This document shows positions 17,510-26,200 of a stretch of DNA of 64,000 bases, one piece after another. The stretch's first letter is position 1. Each line of letters begins with the position of its first letter. The stretch lies in IMG/VR virus record IMGVR_UViG_3300029705_000019; one strand, 5' to 3'. This stretch comes from a virus (Duplodnaviria; Heunggongvirae; Uroviricota; Caudoviricetes). A model generated the notes under the pieces. It was not told where the DNA came from. It saw only the letters and a program-made list of their open reading frames with translations, and ran no database searches. Made by a program: the position numbers and the translations under genes.

Positions 17510-17548
17510 ATTAATATTATAAATGAGCTAGTTAAAATAATCAACTAG
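17510..17548 (-). promoter_or_regulatory. consensus sigma70-type promoter (-35 TTGATT, N17, -10 TATAAT) with an overlapping inverted repeat
   Basis: Plus-strand TTAATATTATAAATG, then 17 nt, then AATCAACT. A GAGCTAGTT...AACTAGCTC inverted repeat spans the -35. Confidence 0.55.
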
Positions 17549-17565
17549 CTCATTCATATCTTTAA

Positions 17566-17817
17566 TTATTCATTTATGTAGTTCAACGTATCAAGAATGA
17601 TATCACCCACGTCAACCTTGTTGGTAGGAATAATGAAGAAGAAGTCATCACCAATGTTGAAAACGAAGTTTGAGCAATTAGTGAGCTTACCAGTCTTCAC
17701 ATTGTAGCTCTTGTAGCCACCGCTGGTCTTTACAGCGATTCTACCGTTCATCGTAAGTCGGCACATACCGGCACCGAGCTTACCAAACATACCGTTAAAG
17801 CAATTCATCATATCCAT
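17566..17817 (-). CDS. hypothetical protein
   Basis: 83-aa ORF downstream of promoter 17851-17886. Confidence 0.45.
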   Translation of the reverse strand: MDMMNCFNGMFGKLGAGMCRLTMNGRIAVKTSGGYKSYNVKTGKLTNCSNFVFNIGDDFFFIIPTNKVDVGDIILDTLNYINE

Positions 17818-17850
17818 CTTTACATTCTCCTTTGTAATTTCTATTACACT

Positions 17851-17886
17851 AATATTATATATTGAAACTGTTATTTAATCAACTAT
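17851..17886 (-). promoter_or_regulatory. sigma70-type promoter (-35 TTGATT, N18, -10 TATAAT)
   Basis: Plus-strand CTAATATTATATATTG ... TTAATCAACT. Confidence 0.5.
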
Positions 17887-18715
17887 CTTTTCGTTGAATG
17901 TGCTGTTCTATGTAATTGCGGTCCTGTGAGAAAATAGGACATTCTTTATCTAGAATCCATTCCTTCTTATATCCGATAAGTCTATCAACGCAAGGAACTT
18001 CTTTTCTATAACAACAGATGCCACGCTTGAACTCAGTGGGCATATCGTTGAAGTTGATTCCCTGCTCTAAGAATAGCATATCTTGAATGTCATTGCTGGA
18101 CTTGTGCTCAAGAAGTTTGTGACTGAAATAAGTCTGACCGAGCATCTGAATAGCATTACGCGTTGCATCCTGTTGACGCCAAATAAAGCAATTACAAACT
18201 TCCTCCTCAGGAATTACAAACACTCTTGAATCAAATAATGCACCTTTTTCTATTGCATTCTTATAAACTGAAATCAATTTTTCATCTGTAGAATTACAAT
18301 TAGCTGTTTCTGGATCAACTGATACGCAGTCAATAAATTCTGCAACAGCGTCACTGAAAAATCTGTTAAATGCAAATGTTGCCATACTTGCAGAAACACT
18401 ACACATCTTTTGAAGATTATAATCAAACCAACCACTAGTGTCAATTTTATCATAATCAGTGATAAGCAAACTTATTTCATCAGACTGAGTATAACCAAAT
18501 TTACATCCTTGAATGTTTTTACAAAGATACTGAAGTGTTTCGTTCATTGCCACATGAAACACTTCATCATATGGTCGCTTAAAATGTTTTGTGAATGAAT
18601 GAAATGCTTTCCCATCAATTCGAATCATAACTGGAGTTCGTCTTGTGAGATACGTCTTACTTCTGTTCTCATAGAACTCTTTCATACGGTCACCAAGTGA
18701 ATCTTTGGTTGCCAA
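17879..18715 (-). CDS. Thg1-like protein (tRNA-His guanylyltransferase family, 3'-5' nucleotidyltransferase)
   Basis: N-terminal DRMKEFY...MIRIDGKAFHSFTKHF matches the Thg1/TLP signature (R[IV]DGxxFHxFT). Confidence 0.65.
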   Translation of the reverse strand: MATKDSLGDRMKEFYENRSKTYLTRRTPVMIRIDGKAFHSFTKHFKRPYDEVFHVAMNETLQYLCKNIQGCKFGYTQSDEISLLITDYDKIDTSGWFDYNLQKMCSVSASMATFAFNRFFSDAVAEFIDCVSVDPETANCNSTDEKLISVYKNAIEKGALFDSRVFVIPEEEVCNCFIWRQQDATRNAIQMLGQTYFSHKLLEHKSSNDIQDMLFLEQGINFNDMPTEFKRGICCYRKEVPCVDRLIGYKKEWILDKECPIFSQDRNYIEQHIQRKDS

Positions 18716-18959
18716 ATCTCTTACCCCACTTTCTCATTCTTTTAAGTTTTCTTTTGCGCGCGCCGTAAATGCATAGCAACACAATTGTGTAAATTAGCAG
18801 TGCAACTAACCCAAGTCCAAAGCTAATCCACAAAGGAGATGTTACCCACCACCACGACCAATCAATCACGTTTGTAAGTTTAAGAATCAGAAACACAATA
18901 AATACCACTGTGGACAAACTGATTCCTCTGCTTACTCGAACTGTCTTGTTGTCGTTCAT
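18690..18959 (-). CDS. small membrane protein
   Basis: Two hydrophobic helices (VVFIVFLILKL..., LWISFGLGLVALLIYTIVLLCIY) and a basic C-terminus. Confidence 0.5.
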   Translation of the reverse strand: MNDNKTVRVSRGISLSTVVFIVFLILKLTNVIDWSWWWVTSPLWISFGLGLVALLIYTIVLLCIYGARKRKLKRMRKWGKRFGNQRFTW

Positions 18960-18985
18960 GAAATTTCCTCCTTTACTTTTTACAC

Positions 18986-19020
18986 TTATATTATAATATG
19001 TACTAACAGTTATATCAACT
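18986..19020 (-). promoter_or_regulatory. consensus sigma70-type promoter (-35 TTGATA, N17, -10 TATAAT)
   Basis: Plus-strand CTTATATTATAATATG, then 17 nt, then TATCAACT. Confidence 0.55.
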
Positions 19021-19024
19021 AAAA

Positions 19025-19049
19025 AGCGGCTACCATAACAATAGCCGCT
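19025..19049. terminator. bidirectional terminator-like hairpin
   Basis: AGCGGCTA ... TAGCCGCT stem flanked by AAAAA and TTTATTTTTT. Confidence 0.5.
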
Positions 19050-19063
19050 TTATTTTTTACTTA

Positions 19064-19765
19064 TCAGGATAATTCTAATCCGCCACCGCCGCTAAAGACC
19101 TCACTGATTAGAGGATGTCTTCCGCAACTTCTCTTTTTAGTTTCAGTACAGAAGTGATAGTTAGGATGCTTTTCGCATTTAGGAACAAGGAACTGTTTAA
19201 GTTCAGGTGCAACCTTAAGAACTTCCTTTACCATCTGAATTGCCATCTGTCTGATTTCCCACTGTGCACAGGAACAAAGACGCTCATTGCAGAAGTTCAT
19301 AAATGTTCTTAGATTCATCTTAACACAGATTTCAGTGAAGCACGCATTGGGCAAAACCATTCTAGCATCTTCTCCGGGAATCAACAACTCCAGCAACTTC
19401 GCATAAGCTTCAGTAATAGTGTCCATTGTCTTCTGATAAATAACAGCAGCTTCAGGATTCTTTGCAATTGAAGGAGGAACAACAAATTCAAATCCTGTCT
19501 CCTTACAATACCTCTGTGAGCGTTGTGCATAACTTGCAAGACGGTGTCTAACCAACTGATGGGTTAGTGCTCTACTTACTCCGCTAATCTTAAAAGTAAA
19601 ATCAGCAAACTCAAGAACGGAATGATGACCGCTCTTATAACAATGATTCATGATCTTACCACCTGTAGGTGAACTATCATAACATGTGCTTGCTGCCTCT
19701 TCAATTGCGTCAACTGGTGCTGTTGTATAACGGATTAGTTCAACTTTCATTGTCAAGTTCTCCAT
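19064..19765 (-). CDS. thyX: flavin-dependent thymidylate synthase ThyX
   Basis: The ThyX signature RHRxxSxxxxSxRY is present as VRHRLASYAQRSQRY. Confidence 0.8.
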   Translation of the reverse strand: MENLTMKVELIRYTTAPVDAIEEAASTCYDSSPTGGKIMNHCYKSGHHSVLEFADFTFKISGVSRALTHQLVRHRLASYAQRSQRYCKETGFEFVVPPSIAKNPEAAVIYQKTMDTITEAYAKLLELLIPGEDARMVLPNACFTEICVKMNLRTFMNFCNERLCSCAQWEIRQMAIQMVKEVLKVAPELKQFLVPKCEKHPNYHFCTETKKRSCGRHPLISEVFSGGGGLELS

Positions 19766-20087
19766 TTATTGTTATGTAACAGGTCTTAATATATTCCGCA
19801 TTTTCACGCAGAAATTCAACAAGACCCTCATACAACATTGCATCATCAATGAACAATGTTGTTGGTCTCGAAAGTTTGTCACAGTCGATGTTAACAGGCG
19901 GGATAGAACAAACATGACCTGAAGTTGCATGATAATACTCCGCAAAATCTGAATATCTTTTACCATACAGATTTGAAGTCACATATAATCTTGTTGTACC
20001 ATCGTTGTTTTCACTTATTGCTTTGTTTACAAGCCACTTTGTTTTACCATACCCAGGAAGACAAACTTTATAGATCATCTTCATCAA
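19740..20087 (-). CDS. hypothetical protein with P-loop-like motif
   Basis: CLPGYGKTKW resembles a Walker A motif. 115 aa. Confidence 0.4.
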   Translation of the reverse strand: MMKMIYKVCLPGYGKTKWLVNKAISENNDGTTRLYVTSNLYGKRYSDFAEYYHATSGHVCSIPPVNIDCDKLSRPTTLFIDDAMLYEGLVEFLRENAEYIKTCYITINGELDNES

Positions 20088-20103
20088 ACATGTACCTCGC
20101 GAA

Positions 20104-20289
20104 TTATCTCTTCTTCTTTTTCATTCTCTTCATTGCCAAGTCATCTTTTGCTCGTCTCTTCTGAGAAGGGCTGAGATAGTATTCACGTCTGCGCAGCTCC
20201 TGAATCAGTCCGTCGTTGTTAACAGACTTCTTAAAGCGTCTGAGCATAGAATCAAATGACTCATTAGGCTTCGGAACAACCTTTGCCAT
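20104..20289 (-). CDS. rpsU: ribosomal protein bS21 homolog
   Basis: MAKVVPKPNESFDSMLRRFKKSV...LIQELRRREYYLSPSQKRRAK aligns with bacterial S21 (..V.ENE.FD.ALRRFKRS....G......RRREFYEKP...RKRAK). Confidence 0.7.
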   Translation of the reverse strand: MAKVVPKPNESFDSMLRRFKKSVNNDGLIQELRRREYYLSPSQKRRAKDDLAMKRMKKKKR

Positions 20290-20335
20290 TGTTTGAATTC
20301 ACCACCTTAATTTTAATAGTTATTTAATTTATTAA

Positions 20336-20530
20336 TCAGCCATTTATGGCTTCATAAACTTTTTCAACTGAAAGTGTTGTCACTTCAGTACTATGATTAT
20401 CAAGATATATCATAGAACCAACAAGATCATTCTTAAATGAATGTTCTTCAACTTTAATGATTCTATCAACCTTGATTAATAGTTTCTTTCCTGCTGCTAT
20501 TCCGTCAGGAATTAGTATGAATGTTTTCAT
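20336..20530 (-). CDS. hypothetical small protein
   Basis: 64-aa ORF. Confidence 0.4.
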   Translation of the reverse strand: MKTFILIPDGIAAGKKLLIKVDRIIKVEEHSFKNDLVGSMIYLDNHSTEVTTLSVEKVYEAING

Positions 20531-21962
20531 TTTTTACAACCTCATCAAGATTACCAAATTTATTTTCACAAAGAATAACATTGGCCATATAAACACCCAT
20601 AACAGATGCCATCATCAAACCTCTAGTCCATCCACTTGAGTCTCCGAGACAATGTAAATTATCAATACTTGTTCTGAGTTGATAATCCATTGTTACTTTG
20701 TTTGAGTAAAATTTAAGTTCAGGAGCATACAAAAGTGTTTCTTTGTTCGCAATACCGGGCGCCACTTTATCAAGCATAAAGATAAACTCAATGATATTTG
20801 TCATTGTTCTATACGGAATTGCAGCTGTAATATCCCCGGCAACAGCATCAGGTAACGTAGGTTTCAAATTTCCTCTATTCAGTTCCTTCTGCCAAGTTCT
20901 CTTTCCATCAAGAATGTCACCAAAACGCTGCACAAGGATATGACCATCTCCAAGTTTGTTTGTAAGCTGACCAACTTTCTTTGCATATGCAATCGGATCA
21001 TCGAATGGGACACTAAAATTATGTGAACAAAGAATTGAGAAGTTAGTATTCGGAGATTTTGTTTCCTTGAAGGAATGACCATTAACTACAGCAAGACCTT
21101 CATCATAGTTTTCCTGAGCAACCCACCCGCCAGGATTCTGACAAAATGTTCTAACTTTATTCTTAAACGGTTTTGGATATCCGATAAACTTGCCTTCATA
21201 CAGAGCTTCATTTACTTCCTGCATTATTTCATTACGACATTCAACTCGAACACCGATATCAACAGTACCAGGTTCATGCTGAATGTGATAATGATTGCAA
21301 ACATTGAATAACCACTCCGCTCCTCGACGACCTGTTGCAATGATTACCTTTTTTGCTGTGTATTTTGTACCATCATCTGTAATAACGCCAGAACAAACAT
21401 GTTTTTTATTCTTCTTATTAACAATTATATCTTTTACTGACTCATTGTAGTGAATATCAACACCACGTTCAGAAAGATAATCCTGAATTTTCTTATAGAT
21501 TTCTTGAGCTTTTTCTGTTCCTAAATGTCTTATGGGGCAGTCTACAAGCTTCAGATCGGCACGAATCGCACATTTCCGAATTCTCTCAACCGCATCATAA
21601 TCGCTAACACCCTCAATTTGAGTATCAGCTCCAAATTCGCGATAAATGGAATCAGTATACTCAATTAGATGCTGAACTGAATCTTCACCAATAAGTTCAG
21701 GAAGATCACCACCTACTTCATAACTAAGTGACAGTTTACCATCTGAAAATGCTCCAGCTCCCGAAAATCCAGTTGTAATATTACAGGGATCACAGTGTAC
21801 ACATTTACCTGTTTTATGTTTCGGGCAACTTCTATTTTCCACAGCTTTGCCCTTCTCACAAATGAGAATCTTGCCTTCATAATTGTTAGCAACAAGCTGC
21901 AGAGCAGTGAAAATTCCTGCCGGACCCGCACCAACAATTACAATGTCATAATCATATGTCAT
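20505..21962 (-). CDS. FAD-dependent oxidoreductase (NAD(FAD)-utilizing dehydrogenase family)
   Basis: N-terminal DIVIVGAGPAGIFTAL is a Rossmann dinucleotide-binding motif. 485 aa. Cys cluster CPKHKTGKCVHCDPC. Confidence 0.6.
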   Translation of the reverse strand: MTYDYDIVIVGAGPAGIFTALQLVANNYEGKILICEKGKAVENRSCPKHKTGKCVHCDPCNITTGFSGAGAFSDGKLSLSYEVGGDLPELIGEDSVQHLIEYTDSIYREFGADTQIEGVSDYDAVERIRKCAIRADLKLVDCPIRHLGTEKAQEIYKKIQDYLSERGVDIHYNESVKDIIVNKKNKKHVCSGVITDDGTKYTAKKVIIATGRRGAEWLFNVCNHYHIQHEPGTVDIGVRVECRNEIMQEVNEALYEGKFIGYPKPFKNKVRTFCQNPGGWVAQENYDEGLAVVNGHSFKETKSPNTNFSILCSHNFSVPFDDPIAYAKKVGQLTNKLGDGHILVQRFGDILDGKRTWQKELNRGNLKPTLPDAVAGDITAAIPYRTMTNIIEFIFMLDKVAPGIANKETLLYAPELKFYSNKVTMDYQLRTSIDNLHCLGDSSGWTRGLMMASVMGVYMANVILCENKFGNLDEVVKNENIHTNS

Positions 21963-22711
21963 GCGTTTGCCTCTTCATAAAAGTTAATCTTACCCAAATT
22001 GATCTGCTTTATAAGGTCTTCCTTATTAACAGATCCATTGACACCTGTGGCTTTGGACTGAACATTAACAGTAACTCTATTTACCTTTGTGATAACCCAC
22101 ACACTCTTATCTGTGTAGTGACCAAACAGTCTGGATCCACTTGCATCATCGGCATATTTTACTTGAGTACCAACAATGATATTGTTTCTGATTGCTTCAA
22201 TCTTTTTTGCTGCAATCATCTTTTTGATTTTACTAATCTCACACGTAATTTCACAGTCTTTCTCACGAATAATATCATATTCATTGAGAAGATTATTACA
22301 AGTCATTTCAGATTCAAGACGAGCTTCAACCGCCTCAATATCTGCAAAGATTGCGTGGAGAAGATGAACACGAGCAAACTGATATATGTCTTCCTTACCA
22401 TAAGTACCAATAGTGCCCACATTTACTTGAAGACCCTTCTTAACACTGTAAGTGAACCACATATCTGAACCAAAGTCAATTTTGTTTTCATCAGTATTGA
22501 AGAATCCAATTTCGAAAGAAATTTCCTTATCGAACTCATTATAATTAAGTCTAGTTAATCTTGCGTTCTCAAAGGGATTAACAAACATCTCAGTTACAAT
22601 AGTCTTGAAGCCCTCATGGATATTATGATAGATATTACTACCCATCTCGTTTATCATATCCAGCTCAGCCTTAAGTTCAATAATCTTGTTTTCCATGAAT
22701 TGATCCTCCAT
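21959..22711 (-). CDS. hypothetical protein
   Basis: 250-aa ORF downstream of promoter 22728-22764. Confidence 0.5.
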   Translation of the reverse strand: MEDQFMENKIIELKAELDMINEMGSNIYHNIHEGFKTIVTEMFVNPFENARLTRLNYNEFDKEISFEIGFFNTDENKIDFGSDMWFTYSVKKGLQVNVGTIGTYGKEDIYQFARVHLLHAIFADIEAVEARLESEMTCNNLLNEYDIIREKDCEITCEISKIKKMIAAKKIEAIRNNIIVGTQVKYADDASGSRLFGHYTDKSVWVITKVNRVTVNVQSKATGVNGSVNKEDLIKQINLGKINFYEEANA

Positions 22712-22727
22712 ACGTCTTTTATTTACA

Positions 22728-22764
22728 TATATATTATATATGATAACAGTTGAATGATCAACTT
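22728..22764 (-). promoter_or_regulatory. consensus sigma70-type promoter (-35 TTGATC, N17, -10 TATAAT)
   Basis: Plus-strand CATATATATTATATATG, then 17 nt, then GATCAACT. Confidence 0.55.
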
Positions 22765-23284
22765 AAAAATCAAGAATATCAGAATTTACATTAACATGAA
22801 CTTCAACATCATCGAGCAATTCCAGGTTGTCGCAAGTGTTACCGATAACCGTTACACTACTCACATCGTTCCACGGATCTTGCATCAAGAAACAAAAGTC
22901 TTCGTATCGAGTATAGTTTGTTTCATTGTAATAATCGTAACCATTAAACATTGCCGCCTCAAGATTAACAGCAGAAAAATGATTCATTTCCTGATTAAAC
23001 CAAACAATATATTTATAAATGCCACCGCAACGAGTTATTACTTCAACAATGTCACCGTGATAGATCAAACAGTCAAGAATGAGTTTATTGTTCTCATAAT
23101 GATATGCCTGAAAGCCTGTAGGCTTACAAATGGTTTCAGGCCAGATGCTAAGTTCATTTCCATCAAAATCAATGATGACAAATTCCAAATTTGGTTTAAT
23201 AACAATGTTGCCTTCAACCCATTCGTTATCATAAAAACTTTTTGCTTTGTAAGTGTATTGTTCAAATCCAAGATCGTGAGCCAT
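22763..23284 (-). CDS. hypothetical protein
   Basis: 173-aa ORF. Confidence 0.5.
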   Translation of the reverse strand: MAHDLGFEQYTYKAKSFYDNEWVEGNIVIKPNLEFVIIDFDGNELSIWPETICKPTGFQAYHYENNKLILDCLIYHGDIVEVITRCGGIYKYIVWFNQEMNHFSAVNLEAAMFNGYDYYNETNYTRYEDFCFLMQDPWNDVSSVTVIGNTCDNLELLDDVEVHVNVNSDILDF

Positions 23285-23286
23285 CT

Positions 23287-23541
23287 TTATACCTCCATCA
23301 CGTCAATTGCGAGCGTGCCACATTTCGGACACATATAGATGGTGTGTCTTGTAATAGGTTTATAGCTTGCTGTTTGAATAAGAGCAGGCTCTAACAATGC
23401 AATAAAGGGTGCATCAATTTTGTTCATTTCTCGATTCTTATCTTCATCAAAATAATCATCATATGTGTAGTGACAGGCGTGACATTCATAATGAACTATC
23501 ATTTCTGTAGATTGCCATTTTTTAATCATGTTATACCTCAC
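23287..23541 (-). CDS. small zinc-ribbon protein
   Basis: CHACH ... CPKCG. Confidence 0.45.
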   Translation of the reverse strand: MRYNMIKKWQSTEMIVHYECHACHYTYDDYFDEDKNREMNKIDAPFIALLEPALIQTASYKPITRHTIYMCPKCGTLAIDVMEV

Positions 23542-23993
23542 TTAAATAGACCTGGCACTAAATCAAGAGGCTTTTCTTTTGGAATAAGTCCCCAAACTCG
23601 TTTACCTATAGCCTTTGGATCATCAGATTTAACTCTGCAGAAGTCATATTTTAACAATGTTTCAATAATTTTATTCTCACAGTAGCTTTCATCTTCAAGA
23701 CATTCGTTATCTTCAGCTATGTATGAAGTACAATTTGGACAAATCATATGATGACAAAATTCATGACAACCATCTATAAAATCATCCTCATACACTCCGT
23801 CCCAAGGATCAATGTATTCCCATAGCTCAAAACAGATGAATTGACATTCACAATGAGCATCAAATGCCCAACACTCAGATCCCTCTTTGTTCAATTGATG
23901 AGAATATCTGTCTCCAACATGAATTTTTCCTCCGCACAATCCACAAGTACGTTCCTTCTTTGATGTACGGTATTCTTGAGCAATTTGAATCAT
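23538..23993 (-). CDS. Cys-rich hypothetical protein
   Basis: CGLCGG ... CPNC plus multiple Cys/His. Confidence 0.5.
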   Translation of the reverse strand: MIQIAQEYRTSKKERTCGLCGGKIHVGDRYSHQLNKEGSECWAFDAHCECQFICFELWEYIDPWDGVYEDDFIDGCHEFCHHMICPNCTSYIAEDNECLEDESYCENKIIETLLKYDFCRVKSDDPKAIGKRVWGLIPKEKPLDLVPGLFK

Positions 23994-24006
23994 AAATTAA
24001 TCCTAC

Positions 24007-24258
24007 CTATTCAACAACTTTCCAATCTGATTCACTTGTTACATTGATTTCTATTGTTAGTATTCTGTACTTTGTTCCAATTCGAGAGGGTCTTCTTCTT
24101 TTAATTGAGTCAATAGCGCACGATTCAGCCATCTTGTAGCTGTTATATAACATCGCCTTTCTAATTTGATCGACAAATGTGTTATATCCAGCCCAGTATG
24201 TTCCGTCATCTAGTTGAATGATATAATGGAAATTTTGATCTTTCATAGTTTTATTCAA
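24007..24258 (-). CDS. hypothetical protein
   Basis: 83-aa ORF. Confidence 0.45.
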   Translation of the reverse strand: MNKTMKDQNFHYIIQLDDGTYWAGYNTFVDQIRKAMLYNSYKMAESCAIDSIKRRRPSRIGTKYRILTIEINVTSESDWKVVE

Positions 24259-24889
24259 TTACAACAATTGTGATTGCATCATTTTCTTTATTTGCTACAA
24301 ATCTGTGATAACCATCAATAAGTGTATATTGATCATTATTCTTAATACAAACACAAACGGGTAAAATTCTATGTTTGTATTCTTCAATGACATCTCTATT
24401 CAACTTTACCAAGTATTCACGCTGTGGCGGAAATACTAAATTTGTTTCAACTAGTTCAATGTGAGCATTTTTTGCGTATTCGAGGGACGGGAGTAGATAA
24501 CCATATTCTAATTCAAGAACATATTTAATTTTGTCAATATCATTTTTTAATAACGTTACTTCATTATATGTGTTGACTATATCTTCCTCTTTTTCAAAGA
24601 ATACACCAGCGATTTCTTCTCCGTAGTAACCACCACAAACATCAACGTCATACAAATATTTATCATAAAGTCTAAATACAGAACAAATTCTGTCAAAACA
24701 GTATGTTTCAATTTCAGAAGCTGATTTACAATATTTTTTACAGAGGATTGAATACACCTTATTAAAAGAAACATTTTCAACACGAGTACTTTCAATACGA
24801 GTACATCTACAGATATAATCATCACATTCACATGGTGTTCTGTCATAATCGTAATCTACATAGTAATTCAAATCTGTTTTAGTAAACAT
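24251..24889 (-). CDS. hypothetical protein with ParB-like nuclease motif at C-terminus
   Basis: C-terminal LIDGYHRFVA resembles the ParB/sulfiredoxin-fold DGxHR motif. Confidence 0.4.
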   Translation of the reverse strand: MFTKTDLNYYVDYDYDRTPCECDDYICRCTRIESTRVENVSFNKVYSILCKKYCKSASEIETYCFDRICSVFRLYDKYLYDVDVCGGYYGEEIAGVFFEKEEDIVNTYNEVTLLKNDIDKIKYVLELEYGYLLPSLEYAKNAHIELVETNLVFPPQREYLVKLNRDVIEEYKHRILPVCVCIKNNDQYTLIDGYHRFVANKENDAITIVVIE

Positions 24890-24906
24890 ATATCAGCACC
24901 TCAATG

Positions 24907-25170
24907 TTAGATAGAAATTTCTAATATTTCATAATTCTTAGTATAATCAATATTTGAATACTTACTTAAAATATTAGCGTCCCACAGTTTCTTTTCATGT
25001 ATCCTTTGTTCTGCCCATCTACGATTAGTAAAACCATGTTCTCTTGCTACATACTTTAGAGGAAGCGTTGCCTCACCACACCATCCTCCTTTACCGCAGA
25101 ACCATTCATTGATAAAACAAGGATGATTTTCTTTACGTACAATAGTTTCTTTAATAATGTATCTTGTCAT
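24907..25170 (-). CDS. hypothetical protein
   Basis: 87-aa ORF downstream of promoter 25202-25236. Confidence 0.45.
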   Translation of the reverse strand: MTRYIIKETIVRKENHPCFINEWFCGKGGWCGEATLPLKYVAREHGFTNRRWAEQRIHEKKLWDANILSKYSNIDYTKNYEILEISI

Positions 25171-25201
25171 TTGTTCGCTTCCTCCAGCTTTATTTTACAT
25201 T

Positions 25202-25236
25202 AATATTATATAATAACAGTTATAATTAATCAACTA
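25202..25236 (-). promoter_or_regulatory. sigma70-type promoter (-35 TTGATT, N18, -10 TATAAT)
   Basis: Plus-strand TTAATATTATATAAT ... TTAATCAACT. Confidence 0.5.
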
Positions 25237-25249
25237 AAAAGAGACGCTT

Positions 25250-25269
25250 TCGCGTCTCTTTTATTTATT
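25250..25269. terminator. bidirectional terminator-like hairpin
   Basis: AGAGACGC-TTTC-GCGTCTCT flanked by AAAAA and TTTTATTTATTTT. Confidence 0.5.
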
Positions 25270-25593
25270 TTGTGTTTCACTAACGTACGTAAATGGTACA
25301 TTCATCTCTGTTTTAGATGTCTCATAACCGTTCATGTAATCAGCTGTTGCATACACAACCTGCTGTGTACCTAACGTACAATTACAGTTACCATTTCCAC
25401 CATTAGATGGATGATTTGGACATTTAATACAAGCTGGCGGTATGTATTCCTGTCTAATAAAAAATTCATCATACTGTGGAGTATTTATCTTTTGAGGATA
25501 AGTTATTTCATCTTCAATGTAAATGCACTTTTTACCTGAAGCTTTACATACTCCACAATGTAATCTATATTCACACTGTTCATACTTGCTCAT
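25261..25593 (-). CDS. Cys-rich hypothetical protein
   Basis: CEYRLHCGVCKASGKKC ... CIKCPNH ... CNC. Confidence 0.5.
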   Translation of the reverse strand: MSKYEQCEYRLHCGVCKASGKKCIYIEDEITYPQKINTPQYDEFFIRQEYIPPACIKCPNHPSNGGNGNCNCTLGTQQVVYATADYMNGYETSKTEMNVPFTYVSETQNK

Positions 25594-25605
25594 GTTAAAT
25601 TCTCC

Positions 25606-25971
25606 TCATATAGTATGATAGCTAACATGTCCGCATTTGTTACATTCGTATCTATGCTGCGGAGGAATTGAGGTAAGAACAATTGTCTCATCTCGACACA
25701 TTGCACCGTCGTTACATTTCGGACACTTGTATAATGGTGCACTAAACTTTTTAGTAGACCATTCAAAATAATTTTCTCTATGTTGTCTGTCTAGTTCTTC
25801 ATACTCTTCAGCCGAGGGTAGATTACAAACTGTTTCAATATTAGTATTTACATTATTATTAACTAACTGTAAAGTAGCAATTCCTTCTGTTTCTTCTACA
25901 TTTAATGTACAAATCTTATTGTTGTTTATTTCCGAATTTATATTTGATTTCATATGTTTCTCCTTAATCAA
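25606..25971 (-). CDS. zinc-ribbon protein
   Basis: CPKCNDGAMC ... CNKCGH. Confidence 0.5.
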   Translation of the reverse strand: MIKEKHMKSNINSEINNNKICTLNVEETEGIATLQLVNNNVNTNIETVCNLPSAEEYEELDRQHRENYFEWSTKKFSAPLYKCPKCNDGAMCRDETIVLTSIPPQHRYECNKCGHVSYHTI

Positions 25972-26194
25972 GTATCATTCCTATCTTTTCTTCCTCATAT
26001 ACAACACGCGGAAACTTTTCTGTCAACGAATAAGTTTTTCCACATTTGTTACATTTATGATAATATTGTATCGGATATGTAGCTACAGTCATCATTCCTG
26101 ATTCATAAATAACGTCACCTCCGCAATCACAAATATAGTGTTCATTGTAAATTCTAACTGGTACTCTTCGTTTATTTTCATTAATTATTTCCAT
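25964..26194 (-). CDS. small zinc-ribbon protein
   Basis: CDCGG ... CNKCGK. Confidence 0.45.
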   Translation of the reverse strand: MEIINENKRRVPVRIYNEHYICDCGGDVIYESGMMTVATYPIQYYHKCNKCGKTYSLTEKFPRVVYEEEKIGMILD

Positions 26195-26200
26195 ATAAAT

